From NCBI GenBank assembly GCA_010093815.1, contig ML996567.1: 64,000 bases of DNA, one strand, 5' to 3'. The notes beneath the pieces are model-generated. The model ran no database searches and was not told where the DNA came from. It saw only the letters and a list, made by a program, of their open reading frames with translations. Both the position numbers and the translations under genes were made by a program. This stretch comes from Pseudovirgaria hyperparasitica. Taxonomy: Eukaryota. Of the stretch, positions 62,401-64,000 are shown in pieces. Numbering within the stretch: position 1 is the first letter of the stretch; every line of letters starts with the position of its first letter.

Positions 62401-64000
62401 TACGCCAGCCAGCTGTTTTCTAGATAAAGTCTAGTTTCGGGTTATATTTTTCGAGCCACGGTATACTAAGAATTATGTTAAAGGGACTATCTACCACGAT
62501 AAAGGTTAAGTAGTAGGGTTTCTACTTCCCCCCGCTGTCCTAGATACCGTATTTAATAGTATAGGTACCCTATAATTTAATAGGACCGTCGATACTATAG
62601 AAGGTAGCACCTATTAGTACTTAAATATCGATATTAAGTTCTCGTGCTCGTTAAGTCGATATAACGTTAGTAGCTAAACCGCTATCGAGCATTACGGTCT
62701 AATATTATCCATAAGGGACCTCGATAGGCCTAGCCTATAGTTTAATATACTAGTTAGCTAGTTATCCCTCTATTTTAGTTACGTCTATAAGTCGCGAGGG
62801 TTCCTTATAGATAGTTAGTTTTTTATATCGTATACCGGGTAGTTAGGCGCGATGTATCCTAGCTACTAGCACTTATAGTATATAACTAACTTAGTATCTA
62901 TATTAGTATTCGGTGGTTTCCCTAAGCGGTACTCGGGTACTATATAGCCTATCCTACCATAGGTATAGTAGATAACTTTAGGTCGTTTATACGAGTCGTT
63001 TCTCGCGTCTTAATATATCGACTAGTAGAAAGATCCGCGGTACGGGCCTCGTCTTCTCGAGTTCATAGAGTAGTAGCGCCCACGAGGTATTCCGCGTAAT
63101 CTATTACTAAACCGGTCCTCTTTAGACGATTTTATATTAGATTAGATTAATGGGGATAGTCGTACGCCTATACGATATTAGTTATTTATTATATACTAAT
63201 GTCGTTCTACGAGATTCGCGAGTACCTAAAGGTTAGTAGAGATAGACGTTATAAGGTTAATACGTTCCTTTACGCTCGGGTTAAGGGACCTTTTAAAGTT
63301 ATTATATTATTAAACCATATAATCTTCCTCGGCTTCTCTCTAAAGAGGTCGGAGGTATTTAAGAAGTTATAACGGGGATTATCTCTCTCGCTATTAAGTC
63401 TTAAAGATATGGCTCTAAGCCTATTCACGTCGCTCGGCTCTATTACTAAAGTATTAAAGAAGGAATTCGGTGAACGTGTCCTAGTTATACGTATCCTTAG
63501 GGTATTTAATTTAATATACTATCTAACGTTTAGATAGCGTTAGGTCTAGGTAGTTCTATACGAACCTAATCTTATTACTATCGTTTATAAATAGGTAGAA
63601 GAATCGGCTATACTAGTAAGCCTATTCGTGAAAGCTTCTTCTGGTTTTACCGTCGAAGTAAGGTAGTTTCTTAGGCTAAGGTAACTAGAATAGTAATAGA
63701 CTTAGTTAGACTATTTCGGCTTAAGTTAATCTATATTAGTATAGATTAGTTACTACTAGTACTAAAGCGCGTAGTACGGCTTCGAGTCTAGTAGTTCGTT
63801 CTTACGCTTTATTAAGTTCGTGAAGTTACTACTCGAGCTAAGTCTAATACTACCTCTCCGCGTGTAGCTTAGTATATATATTATCGTGAGGCGTGGTTAA
63901 TATTAGTCGGTTCTAACGAATTAATTCGTTAATATTAATAGGGTCTAGTCTTATAGTAAGGATAGGTCTAGTATAGTATAAACTAGACCGCGATAGAGTA
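56434..64000 (-). mobile_element. Element B copy 2 (inverted relative to copy 1), truncated by the window end
   Basis: 3' LTR at 56434..56671. Collinear reverse complement of 37030..44598 (positions sum to ~101030). RT motif YLDN at 61685..61696. Confidence 0.96.
57151..58500 (+). pseudogene. Antisense intron-containing cargo gene of element B (copy 2)
   Basis: The frame from ATG 57151 runs 232 codons, interrupted only by TAG stops, exactly to a phase-0 donor GTGAGT (57847), with branch GCTAAT (57895) and acceptor TAG (57910). The 3' end is approximate. Confidence 0.7.

Overview
Eukaryotic DNA from a filamentous ascomycete, shown by short GT-AG introns with CTRAY branch points and by RIP-mutated repeats. 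The window has two compartments. (1) Gene-rich 1-26.3 kb: two conserved hypothetical genes, a stand-alone NRPS-like adenylation enzyme, a PTH11/SAT4-like membrane protein, phenylalanine ammonia-lyase, a small F-box protein, MON1, a D-serine dehydratase, a YVC1/TRP-like channel and a secreted Cys-rich protein. (2) AT-rich, RIP-mutated blocks. At 26.3-47.7 kb a Ty3/Gypsy chromovirus (element A, 138-bp LTRs, TSD GAATC) has a second complete chromovirus (element B, 238-bp LTRs, TSD GTCTC) nested in its gag. From 56.4 kb to the window end lies an inverted second copy of B. Between the blocks is a 7-kb gene island (S41 peptidase, NACHT-like P-loop gene, HET gene), followed by a 14-bp minisatellite. 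The most notable observation is that both retroelements carry extra cargo between pol and the 3' LTR. B carries an antisense gene with a canonical spliceosomal intron and a probable Cys-rich motif. A carries a roughly 4-kb sense-strand coding region in the env position. Exon boundaries were read by eye, and coordinates inside RIP-mutated elements are approximate unless tied to LTRs or TSDs.
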